DNA of 64,000 bases, from NCBI RefSeq assembly GCF_964188315.1, contig NC_135667.1, forward strand, positions 17,112,001 to 17,176,000, written 5' to 3'. A model generated the notes under the pieces. That model saw only the letters and a list, made by a program, of their open reading frames with translations. It was not told the origin of the DNA and did no database searches. The DNA is from Podarcis muralis. Taxonomy: Eukaryota. Shown piece after piece: positions 44,227 through 55,314 of this stretch. Each line of letters starts with the position of its first letter. Position 1 is the first letter of the stretch. A program made the translations under genes and the position numbers.

Positions 44227-44356
44227 ATAGAATTGTAGTGTTGGAAAGGGCCACAAGGGTCAAACCCCTGCAATGCAGGAATCTTTTGCCCAACGTGGGA
44301 CCCGAACCCACAACCCTGAGATTAAGAGCCTCATGCTCTACCGACTGAGCTATCCC
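44227..44356 (-). mobile_element. tRNA-Lys(CTT)-derived SINE with CR1-like tail
   Basis: The minus strand reads GGGATAGCTCAGTCGGTAGAGCATGAGGCTCTTAATCTCAGGGTTGTGGGTTCGGGTCCCACGTTGGGCA and then AAAGATTCCTGCATTGCAGGGG. Confidence 0.8.
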
Positions 44357-44975
44357 TAATTCAGGCTGAGTTTGAACGCAGAAAGTGTGGAACCGATGCT
44401 CCTGGGTTGTACCACTTCAGAATACAAAGGGAGGAGTGGCTTGCTTGAATGTTCGCCCACATGTAAACAAGCACATCCACACAGCTGAACATAGGCCCCA
44501 TCTGCACTATCAACTGATAGCAGTATCATGCCAATAAAGTAACATGCCTTGCTCAAAAGAAACCTGGGAACTGTAGTTTTTAAAAGGGTTTTCTGAGAGT
44601 TGTTAGATGAGGCCTACTTGTCTCACGGGGCTACAATTCCCAACACTCCCTGGGAAGAGGAAGCGACTATTACACCACTCTGGGAATTGCAGTTCTGCGA
44701 GGGGAACAGGGGTCTCCTAACAACCAACAGCCAAAACAGGCTTCTCAGCCCACCCTCTTCATGCAGCTCAGGACCACAATGCCTCAAGGACTGCTTCTCT
44801 CCATATGATCCTACTAGGACCCTGAAATCATCTTCTGAGGCCCTTTTTCATGTGTCTCCTCCATAAAAAGTCTGGAGGGTGGCAACACGAGAACGGGCCT
44901 TTTCTACAGTGGCTCCCCGTTTGTGCAATGCTCTCACCAGGGAGGTTCGGCTGGTGCCTTCATTATACACCTTTA

Positions 44976-45333
44976 AAGGTAAAGGTACCCCTGCCTGTAC
45001 GGGCCAGTCGTGTCCGACTCTAGGGTTGTGCGCCCATCTCACTCAAGAGGCCGGGGGGCCAGTGCTGTCCGCAGACACTTCCGGGTCACGTGGCTAGCGT
45101 GACGAAGCTGCTCTGACGAGCCAGAGCCGCACACGGAAACGCCGTTTACCTTCCCGCTGGTAAGCGGTCCCTATTTATCTACTTGCACCCGGGGGTGCTT
45201 TCGAACTGCTAGGTTGGCAGGCGCTGGGACTGAGCAACGGGAGCGCACCCCGCTACGGGGATTCGAACCGCCGACCTTTCGATCGGCAAGCCCTAGGCGC
45301 TGAGGCTTTTACCCACAGCGCCACCCGCGTCCC
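44976..45333 (-). mobile_element. Young Sauria-type SINE nested in an L2 fragment (about 44750-45420)
   Basis: Perfect 13-bp TSD TTATACACCTTTA at 44963-44975 and 45334-45346. CpGs are retained. Confidence 0.85.
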
Positions 45334-45532
45334 TTATACACCTTTAGGCACCAGGCAAAAACATTCCTCTTCCATCAGGTCTTTGGTTGATGGACATCAG
45401 TGCCTTTGGCATTGTGGGTGGGGGGGATTATTGGGCTGTTGTTAGTTTTATCACGTATTTTGTGTTTTTTATATTGTACTTTTATGTTGTGAGCTGCCCT
45501 GTGGTATAAAAACAACAACATCAACAACAATA

Positions 45533-45758
45533 CAGTGGTATCTCAGGTTAAGAACTTAATTTGTTCTGGTGGTCCGTTCTTAACCTGAAACTGTTCTTAA
45601 CCTGAGGTACCACTTTAGCTAATGGAGCCTCCCACTGCCACCACACTGCTGGAGCACGATTTCTGTTCTCATCCTGAAGCAAAGTTCTTAACTCGAGGTA
45701 CTATTTCTGGGTTAGCGGAGTCTGTAACCTGAAGCGTATGTAACCCGAGGTACCACTG
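45533..45758. mobile_element. Tc1/mariner (Tigger-like) MITE
   Basis: TA-flanked CAGTGGTA...TACCACTG. Same family as the copies at 15587 and 59571. Confidence 0.8.
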
Positions 45759-45874
45759 TAATAATAAATGCTTCCTTTCTATTGGCACACATCCACCTAA
45801 AGGTGGGCCACCCCCACAAGATGCGGCTAATGAGTAAGCCAGAGTCGGCAGAGGAGAGGAATGGAAGGCAGCTC

Positions 45875-48800
45875 CTACCACGAATGGCGCCTCTGGTGGT
45901 TCACGACGTGCGACCTCCGCGTGAATCTCTTCCCGCAGTAAGCGCACTGGTGGGGCTTCTCCCCCGAGTGGACGAGGAGGTGCTTCGTGAGGGTGGTGTT
46001 CCTGTTGAAGCTGTTCCCGCATTCCGGGCACTGGTAGGGCTTCTCGCCCGTGTGGATCCTCTCGTGCCGAATGAGGTCCCACCTCTTGCGGAACCTTTTC
46101 CCGCACTCCTTGCACAGGTGGCGCTTTGCTTCCGGGTCGGCGAGGACTCCTCTGAGCCCCCTGTCCTTGATGACCCGGACCGAGAGGCAGCCCCCCTTCT
46201 GCTGCATCCCCACGCTGCGCTCGTTCCCGTGCGGCCTTCTAGGGTCTCCTCTGGGGAAAACAGCCTCCCCGAATCCTCCCGGAGCTCTCCTTCCCGGCTC
46301 TTCCACTGCAGGCTGGTGAAGCTCCTTGGCAACAGCTCTGCTTGCAAAGTAGCTTTCTGTTGGGAGAAAAGAGAGAGGGGCGTTTGGGGTGGAGGCGCCA
46401 ACATGCCATGCTCTGCATGCTGGTGATCTTGGGCTCAGTCCTGGGCATCTCTGGTAACAGAAAGGAGGGCAAGCAGAGCTCCTGGGGACTGCAGTTTGTT
46501 AAAGGCTGCTGTATCGCAGAAACCTAACCCTACAAAAATGGAAAAGCCATCCTTCTGAGGCACTTCCTTGTTGCAGTTACCTTGCAAGCTGTTATCCTCG
46601 TCAGCTGGTTTGGTTTCCCTGCGAAGGTGTCTCTGTGTCGAGTCCGACAGGTCTACAATGGGGGAGTTTACAATAACCATCTCAATCGGCACCGTTATCT
46701 GAAAGGAACAGAACGGGGAACGGTTGAATTTAGATGGCGCAGAACAAGAAGCCCCGACAATAACGGACTGGCATTACAAGCTACAAGAATTTGCTGAAAT
46801 GGCAAATACCCTGAGAGGCGATTCAAAACAAAAATTTATGGAAAAGTGGGATAGATATAAAACATATGTTCAAACATACAGTAAAGGTTCACTATCTATG
46901 CTGGCATTTGATTGACGTTGGAGTGAGACTGAGTTGAGAAATAAGACTAAGAGCACATATTGACATAGGAATGTATTAGATAATATGTAAAGAAATATAT
47001 AATAATAAGAGTACATTCATTTGTAAAAAAGGAATATACAACGGGAAAGGCAGGAAGTCTAGTGTGTTGGTATGTATATGATTTTTGGAAAAAATTGTTT
47101 GTTTTTTTCTTTGTTCTTTCTTTCTTTTCTTTGTTTGTTTCATTTTCTTTTTAGGTATATAAAATCTGTATATAATTTTTGTATACATGTTGGAAATTAT
47201 AGTAAGTCCTGTAATGTAATATGACAATGTTTACCGATGAAATATAAGAATGTTAATAAATAAATAAAAAGGAAAAAAAAGAATTTAGATTGTGCAGAAA
47301 CTGATGCCGAGTGGCACCAATAGAAGCTCAGTTTCTTTATTCAACAAGTCAGGTTTCTAACCATTATGGGTACACAAAGATAAGTTTCAATCGCATGGGT
47401 TTGAAATGAAATGTTTTGCCAGAAGAAAAATGAAAGCGTGGTCAAGACTCCCCGTGGCCAAATGACGAGATTCCCCATACAAATGTTGACAGTGACCACA
47501 ATCTACGGTTCTGGGAGAAAGGCAGGATATATAACAACAATAACAATAATAATATAATACCATCTGAAGGATGTGAATAAATAAGTGTTAGCAGCCAGGG
47601 TGCATACAGATTATCAGAGCAGAAACACTGGACGAGGGAAAGTGGAGCAACAGCCTTGCAGGGAATGAAACCAGAAAAGAACTGCCGTCGCTGTGCCTCA
47701 AGAGGCTGGCAGAGTGTGATGCAATCACCACAGCTAGTATATGAACAGAGTTTGTTGACAAGCTCCCCCCCCCCCCCCCCCGGCAATTCTGTGGTGAGGA
47801 ATAACCTTCCCACTTTCAGACGAAACCACAGCCCACTTTGTGTTGGCCACAGGGGGCTACAGCGGATTTTTAATTGATCTCCTGTGCATCCAACACACAC
47901 AATCTACACTGCTTTTAGAGGCAAAATGTTCAGTATCTGCTGTTACTCAATAGTTTGTAGGTATTCCCCCCCCCCCAAGTACATATACAGTGGAACCTCA
48001 GTTGTTGAACGCTTCAGAAGTCTAATGTTTTGGCTTTCGAACGCCGACAACCAGAAAGGGAATGCTTTTGTTTTCGAACGCGCCTCAGAAGTCAAACGGC
48101 TTTCGAGGGGCGTTTTTCCGTTTTTTCCAATGGATTTTGCTGACAGCCCATTGCACCTCAGTTGTCGAACGTTTCAGAAGTCAAACAGTCTTCCAGAATG
48201 GATTATGTTCGACAACCGAGGTTCCACTGTATTCAGGGAAAGATGGAATCTGCCAGGACAGTTCTCAAGATGACTTGCACCCTCGCGTCAATTTTTCACA
48301 CTGTTCTTGCTGATTATACCCCTAGCGATATGTCCCCACCCTTTCTGCTAGACAGAATTCAATTTCCTGTTTGCAAACCCATGAAACCCTGTCGGCACCC
48401 CCAGAAAAGACCAGGGCCAATTATGTCCCATACCTGTTGGGCCCATCTCTCGGTCTCCTGCTGCTCCTGCAAAAACTCCTCAGCCAGAGCCACGGCCCGG
48501 TCGCAGGTCTCAGGCCCACGTTCCCTGATCCAGTCTTGCATTTCCTGCGGCAGGATGACAAGGAACTGCTCCAAGATCAGCAGGTCCAAGATCTGCTCCT
48601 TGGTCTGGCTCTCGGGCCTCAGCCAACGGTGGCAAAGCTCCTGGAGCTGCTGGCACGTTCCTCGTGGCCCCTCGGCGTCCTGGTAACAGAAGTGCCGGAA
48701 GCCTTGGCGATGGGCCTCTGTGGCCATGTAGCTGTCCAGCCTCAAAATGGCCACCTTCACCTTCCCATAGTCGCCCTTGTCTTTCGCATCCAAACCAAAA

Positions 48801-49225
48801 TAGGCCTGCTGGGCTTGGCCACTGAGGACGGGCACAAGTCGAGTTACCCACTCCTCTCTAGGCCACTGAGAAGCATCGGCCACTCGCTCAAAGGTGGCCA
48901 GGTAGGCCTCAGTGTTGCCCCCCTGGGACAGTGGAGGCAACTGTGGGTTGTCCCGCACTGAGGCCGCCACTGGAGTGGGCACCACCTCCAACACCCGCTG
49001 CCATTGGCAATCCCAGCTCTGAGGCGGCTCCTCTGCCAGCTCCTGCTTCACCCTGGGCACAGACGCTCCTCTCGCTAGCTCCTCGGCAGCGCCACAGGGG
49101 CTTACGCTGGGGAATTTACCATTTCCTTCTGGTGAAGCGCTCGCTGCTTGGCTCTGAGCCTCCATTTTGACTCGAACCGGCAATGGGAGTGCCAGGTCTG
49201 CCATTTCTCCTTGGGGAGCCGCCAT
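45875..49225 (-). CDS. SCAN-domain C2H2 zinc-finger protein with extended Gag-capsid-like N-terminal region, about 463 aa
   Basis: Exons 49225-48434 (phase 0), 46698-46581 (phase 1) and 46356-45875 total 1392 nt in frame. SCAN motif LQELCHRWLRPESQTKEQILDLLILEQFLVILP...WIRERGPETCDRAVALAEEF. Three C2H2 fingers joined by TGEKPY and SGEKPH linkers. No KRAB exon found. Confidence 0.85.
46745..47280 (+). mobile_element. 5'-truncated L1-like LINE
   Basis: Encodes PTITDWHYKLQEFAEMANTLRGDSKQKFMEKWDRYKTY (like an L1 ORF2 C-terminus), followed by an AT-rich 3'UTR and an AATAAA/A-rich tail. TSD of about 19 bp: gaatttagatggcgcagaa (46726-46744) / gaatttagattgtgcagaa (47281-47299). Confidence 0.75.
47988..48229. 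mobile_element. Tc1/mariner (Tigger-like) MITE
   Basis: TA-flanked TIRs CAGTGGAACCTCAGTTGT / ACAACCGAGGTTCCACTG. Confidence 0.8.
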
Positions 49226-50772
49226 TTTGGGAGTGGGCGTTGAAGTCTGGCCTCTTTGCTTCTCAAGGGACTGATGCAGCCGCCGCTTTCTCTTGGTTTC
49301 AGTTTCTCACGCTGAGGAGAAAGGCCTCTCAATCTCTTGACTTGGCCTGTGGTTAGAATAATCTGTGGTAAGGCAGTGAAGTCATTGTCCTGTCATGAAA
49401 AGTGGAACACTCTTAGCCCAGGACTGCTCATCTGAAGATTGTTCCATTTTTATTTTCACCCCGCCTAATATTCCAGTCCCCAGGTGCACAAGGAAGGGGA
49501 GGGGACCACAATCCCTGGCATGGAGATACAGTGATGACTGATAATAACACAAGATCCCTCGGAGAAAGTAAAATACAAGTTGATAACCCTGTTTGCCCTT
49601 CCAACAACACTTGCTAGTTATTATATATGGTGGTCAGCCATCTTGGCCTCTGGTGCAGACGCAACTACTGTCCATGCACTGTCACTTGATAAGAGCATTT
49701 AAATGAGATGGAAGCCATATAGAAGAATGCTTTATGCTTTTAAGTGCTTAGTCCAGTGTGGTGTAGTGGCTGGAGTGTCTGACTAGGACTTCGGAGGCCA
49801 GAGTTCAAATCCTCTCACTCAGTCATGAAGCTCACTGGGTGGAGTGACCTTAAGCCAGTCAGTGCCTCTCAGCCTAACCCACCTCACAGGGTTGTCGTGG
49901 AGACTGAGGAAGGGAAGAACCATGTATGCCACCATGTACAGATCTTTGGAGAAAAAGGTTGGATATAAATTTAATAAATGCAATAAATAATAGCTACTAC
50001 CACGTTGCACTTGGTCACAGACTCAAGACTGATGAAGTGGGCCTACGGTAACTATTTTATCTTTTGCTTTCAATGCAGCCAAGTGGAAGGGCTGTTTGTT
50101 GATTGATTGATTTTGATTATCTATAAACCGATAAACATGCAAAATTCTATAGTGGTAGGGAACAAGAAAATGAAAAAAGAAGTGAAAATGGATAAACACT
50201 TATACAGAAAAGAAAGAAAAGTCAGATCTGACAAAATGTATACAATGTTGGGGAGCCGTTCTGGGAGGAGCTGGAATCAGATAAGAACACAAGAAGGGCC
50301 AATGTCCCATCTAGTTCTGCATCCTGTTCCCACAGTGGCCAACCTGGTGATAGGTCCACCTCCCAGCCCCGTGGGTCAAGGCATTGCTGCCTCACCTTTT
50401 TCTCTAAAGCAGTCAGGGCCTGACCCACACATGCAGGAGGACTGTACCACTTCAATCTTTGGTACAGGAGTGGGGACTCACACGTTCCACTGTCCCGTTA
50501 TGTCAGAAACTTCCTACAGTAAAAAAAACCTAGTACAACCGAGACAGAATGAGCTAAGCTAAAAAAAACAACAACAACTAAGATGCTTCGATTTCTTGAT
50601 CTGCAGGGAGCAGGTGCCCTTAATTCAACGTGCAAGTTTAAAAAAGGGCACGCTCCGTCGACAGTCCTTCGTAGTACAGCGAAATCTCGACGGACCATGC
50701 CAGGAAATGATCCCCCCTTATTCTGCTGTGTGCGTATGTGTGCATACTATACTGTCTATATATATGTATGTC

Positions 50773-50801
50773 TATGTGTGTGCGCGCGCGCGCGCGCGCG
50801 C
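50773..50801. repeat. Alternating purine-pyrimidine tract containing (GC)10
   Basis: tatgtgtgtgcgcgcgcgcgcgcgcgcgc read directly from the sequence. Confidence 0.95.
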
Positions 50802-50879
50802 CTATGAGCATATACAGTACGGTATATCTATAGGTATACAGTCCAAGCTGGATCTACGAAAAGGGAGTGTACAAACGCG

Positions 50880-51320
50880 TGTCGGGTCATCTTTCAAGAC
50901 AGCAAGGAAGAGAGTGTATGCGTGCATTTGCAAGGGCAGGCAGGCAGCCCTAGTCCAGGTGTGATCCCAACCTCCCAACCCCCACCGTCCGCTCCCCGCC
51001 CCCCCCCCCCCCCGATCCAGGGAGCAGAAAACTCTGGAGCAGAAGGGGGACCACGTGGCCCTCGGAGGGAGGAAATGATTCTCTTCCTACCTTTTGCGTC
51101 CCTCCTGGCAGCTTCTCTCCACCCACATCTGGAGGCTCGCACTGCGCAGCCTCTCTGGCTTTGCTGCTGCTGCTGCTGCTGCTCTGACAGGGGCGGGGGG
51201 CGGGGGCGGCGCGCGAGGGGGACCCAAAGCCCCTTTCAGTTCCTTCCCCACTTTGGGCGGAACGGGAAAGTGCCGTAGCATTTGGCACCCCCTTCTTCGG
51301 GTGTCTCGGAGCCTCTCTAG
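50880..51320 (-). promoter_or_regulatory. CpG island with candidate non-coding exon 1 of the SCAN-ZNF gene
   Basis: GC-rich region with a minus-strand donor AAG|GTAGGA at 51091/51090, a (CAG)7 tract at 51163-51183 and GC boxes at about 51192-51215. Confidence 0.55.
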
Positions 51321-51619
51321 GCTTAGGGCTTTTGTATTTGATTTTTTAACCCTTCGAGTATTTCCGCATACGGCTAATAAGCTTCTGTGCTGAAGTTGAC
51401 TTGGCTAAGGATGGGCGGATCGTGTCCGTTTTGGGTACTCTCAGTTTCTCGCTTTCCGTCCTGAAGTTCAGCTTTCCACATTTCCACATGCAGGTTTGTT
51501 TGTTTAAAGTCTTTATGAAAATTCATCAGCATTCTTCGGGTGAAATCTTCCTAATAACGCAAGCATTCCTATGTGCAATTTTGCCTCACCTGCAGGTTTT
51601 GGTAAAGCAATATTCCCAA

Positions 51620-52325
51620 ATGGAATCGTGGAGTTGGAAGGGACCCCGAGGGTCATCTAGTCTAGCCCCCTGCAATGCAGGGATCTCAGCTAAAGCATCC
51701 ATGACAGATGGCCATGCAACCTCTGCTTAAAAACCTCCAAGGAAGGAGAGTCCACCATCTCTCGTGGGAGTCTGTTCCACTGTCAAACGGCTCTTACTGT
51801 CAGAAAGCTTTTCTGAATGTTTAGTCCAGGCTTCCTCAACCTTGGCCCTCCAGAAGTTTTTGGCCTACAACTCCCATGAACCCTAGATGATAGCAGGACC
51901 AGTGGTCAGGGATGCTGGGAATTGTAGTCTCAAAACATCTGGAGGGTCGAGGTTGAGGAAGCCTGGTTTAGTTGGAATCTCCTTTCTTGTAGCTGAAAGC
52001 CATTGGTCCAGAGGAGGAGAAAACAAGCATGCTCCCTCCTCCATGTGACAGCCCTTAGGATATCTGAAGATGACTATCATGTCTGCTCTCAGTCGCCTTT
52101 TTCCAGGCTAAACATACCCAACTCTTTCAAGCGCTCCTCATAAGGCTTAGTTTCCAGACCCTTGACCACCTTGGTTGCCCTCCTCTGCGCACCTTCCAGC
52201 TTGTCCATATCCTTCTTAAATTGTGGTGCCCAGAATTGGATACAGTATTCCAGATGCGGTCTGACCACGTCAGAATAGAGTGGTACTACTACTTCACCTG
52301 ATCTGGACACCACACTTCTGTATAG
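51620..52325 (-). mobile_element. CR1 LINE 3' fragment with nested MITE (51827-51965)
   Basis: The minus-strand [41 protein letters not shown] is typical of a CR1 RT C-terminus. CR1 3' end at about 51620-51680. The MITE has TIRs CAGGCTTCCTCAAC and TSD gtttagtc / gtttagtt. Confidence 0.85.
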
Positions 52326-54127
52326 TGTATACTCCTGGAATGCATTTTTGTACAGTATGTCATTTTCGCAGTTAAATGCATTTTTACTCACAGTTTACCC
52401 TAGTTTTTGCATTTCCGTACAGACACTTGGCTGGATAAATGCACTGCAGAGAAGTCCAAATTTTGAAGGATGGCTGTGTTTTGGTTCGTGTATTGTTTTG
52501 GAAAGTGCAAATTAGCTTAGTTCCTCTTTAAATGTCAACTGAATATCATTTCTCCCTCGAGGGCTTCTTGTCACCCCAACCCGTGACAATGTGTGCTGGT
52601 TGTCCCAAACAACTTTCGCATTCCAGCCCTTTAAGAAATGATACTTGCCAGTAATGGACACACACACACACAAAATAATAATAATAAAAATAAAAATCAA
52701 TATATCAGTTTTTCCAGACTCCCAAGTGCCTTGAGGCCAAACTAGACATGAGTTTATTATCCACACCTTTAGACCTTGCATGACTAATTTAAAAATAAAT
52801 ATCTGATAAAGGCACGCCTGAGGGAGGATAGAATCCTAGAGAATCGTAGAGTTTGAAGGGACCAGGAGGGTCATCTAGTTAGTAGTCCAGGAATCGTTTG
52901 CCCACCATGGGGCTCGAGAGGAAAGAGTTAATTTCAGGTACCGCCTCTCTGTGGGCGGAGCTATTGCAGGAAGAATGCCGGGGAGATCCATGACGCGGCT
53001 GCAGCTTTTCCTCTGTAAGTTGGGACCCTCGCGTGGAAGTGGAAATGGGGCGGGGGGGGGCTTTCCTGGGTTAAATATATGTACGGTACTGTAGTGCATG
53101 ATGGAAGCCAGAACTCCTGGGTTCACCAGCAGTGAATCGCAGATTAGTTCTTCTGACACACTAGACCACTAGTCACAATCTAGCTTAGATCCCACTCCTC
53201 CTTCTGTCTTTCGGTGCAAATGCTTATGAATTAATTGCAATCTGCATTTTGTGTTTGCGAGTGTAGAACCAGAGATCGTCGATTATTCCCGATAAAAGAT
53301 GGGTGCGTGTGATTTTTCTTTCTGCCCTTTTTCAAGGGGCTCGTAACCTTAACACGTTTAACCTTCTGCACTGGCCGCTTTTCGCTGCGGAGTTCTGTGA
53401 ATGTTTACTCGGATACCCTGTGCTGAACGATCTGGAGGAAAATAAAGTGTGAATAGTGGGGGAAGGAAAGCTAAGAACACTCAATAGGAGAAAGTTATAA
53501 ACCAGCACTCTTTTGATGGCTTTCCCACATTTTGGACACCAGGTGTGTTTGCTGAGTTCTGTTGGGTGCCGGTGAAATCTCTGCATTGGTCTCCTTGTCG
53601 TGTAAGAGGGAAGGCCGTTTCTCCTTTTCCATATTACAGAGGATCCATAAGGCTGATCTTTGTGTTTTTATTCTCCTTTGAGTAGCTTCCTGTCTCATTA
53701 AATCACAGGTGGGGAACCTTTTTCAGACTGAGGGCCACATTTCCTTGTGCGGGCAGTCTTCTCAGGACCAGAGGCAAAAGGGTGTGGAGCAATGAAAATA
53801 AATGGTTCCTTTGTACAACAGGCTTAATAACTTGGCACACACTCACACACCCCTCTCTATCCCGGCCCTGCTCTAGATCCTTAGGGACCAGTTCCCATTT
53901 ACTTCATGGTTTTCGAGTGGGTTCCAGAATTTACCGTAGCAATTCAGCAGTGTTCCAGTAGATTATATTGATGGATTGTGGGGTGTTGGTTTTTTTGTAG
54001 GATTCTTATTTACCAGCCTCAAAATGAGCCATTTCCAAAACTGCATTTCCATATCACAACAGTCATCCCCCCCATTTGTTTCCAAGATTGAACGTCAAGA
54101 CAGAACCTCTTCCGTCCCATCCAAGCC

Positions 54128-55283
54128 ATGTCTGTAGGCTCCAGTCTGGTGAGGATGAGTGCCCTCTTCCGGCCACGCCTTCTGATGTTACTGGACCACC
54201 CGCATCGCGCTGTCCACGCCTCCTGTGCTGCCTTCGCCGGACACAACAAATGGTCCAAGGTCAAAAACATTAAGGGTCCGAAGGATGAAGCTCGGGGCCG
54301 TGTCTTCCAGAAGCTTAGCATGTTGATCCGACTGGCTGTAAGAGGTACAGCGGCAGGATTTCTGTTGCTATTCTGTAATGGAAGCGGAGATTCCTAGCAC
54401 ACAGCTAGGCTCCCATGTTTCCGCTTGCTGCGTGGCAAGTGTGCCACCGGTCTCTGGCAAGCATGGGCGAACCCCAGCTTTGCCCACATACTTGGAGCAG
54501 CAAATCTGGTCAGTGGCCATCCCCGCAGTTCCTGTTCCCCAGCTCCCAATATTTATACAGAATGCACTAGACTACATTCCCCTCCATTATGCTGCATTTT
54601 CTTATTCTTTTTTTGATAATTCTTTTTATTAATTTTCAGTTACAGTCCAATAATAGCCTCATTATAACAATACCAAATTATAATACCATTACTAATACCA
54701 ATCATTCAAATACCGAATTATATAATTTAAGTGGCCACTAGATTTGATGGTTTGATGATTTTCTTCATTTCTGCATTCCAAAATATTATTTATTTCAATT
54801 ACATTCCAGTCAAAATAATAATCCCTTATACAACAGCTGCAATATTAATAACTTCTATTCATGTTGGCACATTAAATGATTTATAGAACTACAAGCAAGG
54901 CACTCAGACTATAGCCTAGTTCTTCCTGTGTGTGGCAATTATTCTGTCCCTGGTGTTTCTTCCTTACGCTGAATTTTCAATTGTAAACAATTTAGGGCAA
55001 AGACCCTCTTGCGTTCCCATCATTCTGCGAAGCGAGACAACGCTTTATGATAAACCATTCGTTTAAGGGTAATCTTCTGTCTTCCTGCGTTGTCTTTGCC
55101 AGAAGGTGGACCCAACCCGGAACTGAACACGAATCTTGCCAATATTATTGAGCAGTGCCGCAGCAAGAGCATGCCCAAGGCCTCCATCGAAGCAGCACTC
55201 ACCCGCGGGGTACGTTTCTGAGCTGTTTGGATTCAGGGCGCAGATGCGGATGCTGCCACCTCTTTTGTGTGAGAGGAGAAAGT

Positions 55284-55314
<31 letters not shown>

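Noticed and set aside
44286-44356. tRNA-Lys(CTT)-like sequence (also near 11875 and 32439)
   Set aside because: The acceptor stem does not pair, there is no oligo-T terminator, and it runs directly into a CR1-like tail shared by several copies. It is a SINE head, not a tRNA gene.
40700-45800. SULT1A-family gene expected from mammalian synteny
   Set aside because: No PAPS-binding motifs (TYPKSGT, RKGxxGDWK) seen in the supplied ORFs or by eye; a tBLASTn would be needed to exclude small remnants.
45782-46426. 214-aa + strand ORF and 167-aa alternate-frame - strand ORF
   Set aside because: Shadow or alternate frames of the GC-rich zinc-finger exon.
47300-48430. KRAB exon between the SCAN exon and exon 2
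   Set aside because: No FEDVAVYF/EEW..L-type motif with proper splice sites found; the region is mostly MITE and degenerate repeats.
48371-48961. 196-aa + strand ORF
   Set aside because: Antisense shadow of the SCAN exon; no independent gene signals.
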